Below, one piece after another: positions 60,860 to 64,000 of a DNA stretch of 64,000 nt (positions are counted from its first letter, which is position 1; each line of letters begins with the position of its first letter). The position numbers and the translations under genes are program-made. Source of the stretch: Octopus sinensis (lineage: Eukaryota). Below the pieces are notes generated by a model. That model searched no databases. It worked only from the letters and a program-made list of their open reading frames with translations, and was not told the DNA's origin. The stretch lies in NCBI RefSeq assembly GCF_006345805.1, contig NC_042999.1:130696001-130760000 (forward strand), written 5' to 3'.

Positions 60860-61003
60860 GGAGTAAACACATAAATGTGAAACAAGGTGGAAAAAAAGAG
60901 TACTCAAATACCAGGGGTAGAGTAATATGCTTTATTTAAAAGCAGCAGAAATTCAACAAAACCTGTTACTCGAAGTTTCACGTTCCCGTTTGTCGGCAGT
61001 TAC
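60858..61003 (-). mobile_element. Penelope-like terminal fragment ending in (TA)n
   Basis: The reverse complement contains CCGACAAACGGGAACGTGAAACTTCGAGTAACAG, AATAAA and a pyrimidine-rich run into (TA)n; same architecture as 13163-13362. Confidence 0.45.
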
Positions 61004-61051
61004 GTGCACACATATATACTCACACAACATTTATATGTTATATTTACTATA

Positions 61052-61360
61052 GTGGCACGAAGCTTACTTCCCAACTACACGGTCCCGGGTTCAGTCCTAC
61101 TGCGTGGTACTTTAGGCAAGTGTTTTCTACTATAGCCCTGGTCCGACCAAAGCCTTGTGAGTGGATTTGGTTGACGAAAACTGAAAGAAGCCCGTCATAT
61201 CTGTATATATCATGAGTGTGTGTGTTTATGTCTGTGTTTGTGCCCCACCTCCATCACTGCTTGACAACCAGTGTTAGTGTCTTTACACCCCCGTAACTTA
61301 GCAGTTCGGCACAACAGACCGATAGAATAAGTACTAAGCTTAAAAAGTAGGTCCTGGGGG
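61052..61360 (+). mobile_element. SINE family B
   Basis: CCCGGGTTCAGTCCTACTGCGTGG..CCGACCAAAGCCTTGTGAGTGGATTTGG..CCGATAGAATAAGTACT. Confidence 0.85.
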
Positions 61361-61397
61361 TTGATGAAAAGCACAAAGACACACACAGAGATTGTAA

Positions 61398-61436
<39 letters not shown>

Positions 61437-61918
61437 TTATGTTGTCTTTATATTGTGATTTGCTGTTTATGCCCAACTCAACTATGATTCGACTGATCTT
61501 TTATCAAAGGCATTTAAGCCATGACAGTCCCCTTTTTGTTTGTTTGTTATTACTTTTTGCAACGATATTGCATTCCGAACTACATTATTTGTTCCTTTTT
61601 TTTAAGGCGGTTGTGTGTAAGTTGAGGATGGTATGTTGGTTTGACTGTTATTTCTAGCAAGTCGGTCATATAGAGATTTCTCCGTAAGGCCGCGTAATGT
61701 ATATGCGCGCGCGTGTGTGTAATCAGAGACATTATACCTTTGTATACTATACAATTATATTGCAAACACATTTTATGAACACTGGGTTTACTGAATATTA
61801 CCGGCGAATTACGTTGAACGTTAGCGATTGTTTGTTTACATTACACATCCTGTCAGCTGAGTTTATTTCCACTTTGTTCGCCATCTTGCGTGTACAAAGT
61901 CCGGAAGATCTCCCAGAA

Positions 61919-61953
<35 letters not shown>

Positions 61954-61959
61954 AAAAGA

Positions 61960-62019
<60 letters not shown>

Positions 62020-62364
62020 ACAAAACAAAAAGTGTAAGACATCGAAGTGAAAAGATACGAAGTAACGATAAGAACGTGGAAAGAAATGTAAAGAACAAGC
62101 GACAGTCTGAAACCTAATATTTTTTGTGCCCTATAAGAAATGCACATAAATTGAAACACAGTCTTTTATTTATAGAATAAATTAGATTTGGAAATATGTA
62201 TTCACGTTTGCTGAACTTAATCCTTCACATGGTCGTGCAGTTGGGATATAAACAAGGCATCGCTCTCTCGGCACTATCACTGCTTGTTTTTCTTTTTTTA
62301 GGGGAGTGATGATTCTCCCCACCCTCCTAGCCAATATCAACCTCCATTCAATAAAAAACGTGTT

Positions 62365-63530
62365 AGTTCAAATTCCGCCGATGTCCACTTTTTCTTTCAT
62401 CCTTTCGGAGTCGATAAATTAAGTACCAGTGGCGTACTGGGGTCGATCTAATCGATTGGCCCCCTCCCTCAAAATTTCGAGCCTTGTTACTAGAGTAGAA
62501 ACGAATAATCGTATTAAACGTATTAATTCTTTCTAATTCTGGCACAAGGTCAGCAATATTTATGGGAAGGGCCAGGTTACGTATATTGACTCTAATATTT
62601 GGCAAGTACATTATTTCATTGACCCCGAAAGGATGAAAGGCAAAGTCGATCTCAGTGAAAGGCAAAGTCGATCTCAGTGGAATTTGAACCCAGAAAATAA
62701 AAACGGAAGTAATGCCGCAAAGCATTTGGTCCTACTCGCTAACGATTCTACCAGCTTGCCGCCTCTACAATTCTTTCTCCTAAATGCACAGGACCTGAAA
62801 TTTAGGGGGCAGGGATAAGTCGATTACATCGAGCCCAGTACTTGACTAGCATTCTATTTTATCAACCCCCCCAAAAGGGTGAAGGATAAAGCCGAACCTC
62901 GATAGAATTTCAACCTTGAACGTAAAGAGATGGAAGAAATGCCGCGAAGCGTTTTGTCCGGCGTGCTAACGATTCTACCTGCTCGCCGCCTTCTCAGTTT
63001 ACGTACTAATAATGTCTGTCTTCCATCCTTTTGGTGTCGACAAAATAAGTACCAATCATGTACTGGGTCGATGAAATCAGCTGTTCCCCTCCCCAAAAAT
63101 TTCAGCCCTTGTGCCTATAGTAGAAAGGATTATTTAAATATAGTAAGGTGGCGCCCTGGAAGAATCATTGGCAATGCCAAAGAAAATGCTTAGCGGTATT
63201 TCGTCTGCCGCTACGTTCTGAGTTCAAATTCCGCCGAGGTCGACTTTGCCTTTCATCCTTTCGAGGTCAATAAATTAAGTACCAGTTACGCACTGAAGTC
63301 GATATAATCGACTTAATCCGTTTGTTTGTCCTTGTTTGTCCCTTCTGTGTTTAGCCCTTTGTGGGTAGTAAAGAAATATGTATTTCTCTGCTCTTAAAGT
63401 TTTGAGTTCAAGTTCCGCCGAGGTCAGCTTTGCTTTTTCATCCTTTTGAGGTCGATAAAATAATATACTTGTCAAGTAGTGGGGTCAATGTAATCGACTA
63501 GTCCACACCCTCAAAAATCAGACCTTGTAC
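62365..63530. mobile_element. Cluster of at least six SINE family A copies in mixed orientation
   Basis: 62365-62500 (+), 62530-62765 (-), 62775-62990 (-), 63010-63130 (+), 63140-63530 (+, dimer with junction at ~63379). Confidence 0.85.
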
Positions 63531-64000
63531 TAATTAGCAGAAATAGTCATTTAGATACCTTAAATACAGTGAGTGGTTAACAACTTCATGAGTATAATTT
63601 CTATCACCCAATCAGATGTATGAAGCCTTGTCAGCGATCGTGTATGTATGCGAGCGTGCAAGGAGCCGCAAGTCATGGAATCGATATTTTACTACTTGCT
63701 GAGGGAAATATATTGAAAAGTACTTCAGCTGTTATATTGATAGATGCAAGCTGTTAACAATAATCCCATGTACCTGTAGACGCGGTGTCATTTATAGTAC
63801 GTAAATGAAATGTACATTTTGTCCCTTTCTATGTTAGTGTCGTCACTTCCGATTGTTAGCTTTATTTTTGTATTTTACCTTTACTTTTTGGCATTCTATA
63901 ATATCTAACACACACACACACGAGTGTGAGTTGTAAAATTATCCGTAATGCATTTATAACATTGTCACCAGTGACGATTTACCTGGAAAGTTTTCACCTT

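Overview
AT-rich, repeat-saturated eukaryotic DNA, intergenic or deep intronic. It is most likely from an octopus-type cephalopod; this is inferred from the tRNA-derived SINE families and the extreme density of (TA)n/(CA)n/(GA)n/(CATA)n microsatellites, not from a database match. I find no intact host gene, rRNA, functional tRNA or CRISPR, and nearly all listed ORFs are microsatellite or SINE translations. The window is a transposon graveyard. It holds three clear SINE families (working names: A, core GCCTTTCATCCTTTCGGGGTCGATAAAATAAGTACC; B, CORE-like with an internal microsatellite; C), many with readable TSDs. It also holds RTE, RTE-X and R4/Dong-type LINE 3' ends, Helitron fragments, two copies of one LTR family, a Gypsy gag-pro remnant, several mariner and hAT derivatives, a pogo-like PHD-finger element and Penelope-like ends. 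The strongest second-look items are: (1) minimal hammerhead-ribozyme-like motifs, one essentially intact at 13219-13253 plus several decayed variants, most with an extra nucleotide after the CUGANGA box; (2) a 575-bp near-perfect palindrome at 47898-48472; (3) a SINE trimer inside one 23-bp TSD, with a recurrent junction that hints at multimeric or circular RNA templates; (4) small inverted or hairpin rearrangements inside repeats; (5) an unassigned protein-like frame at 54104-54468. Boundaries without a TSD or TIR were estimated by eye (about +/-10-30 bp). Single-base irregularities in microsatellites suggest residual long-read consensus error, which weakens any frameshift argument.
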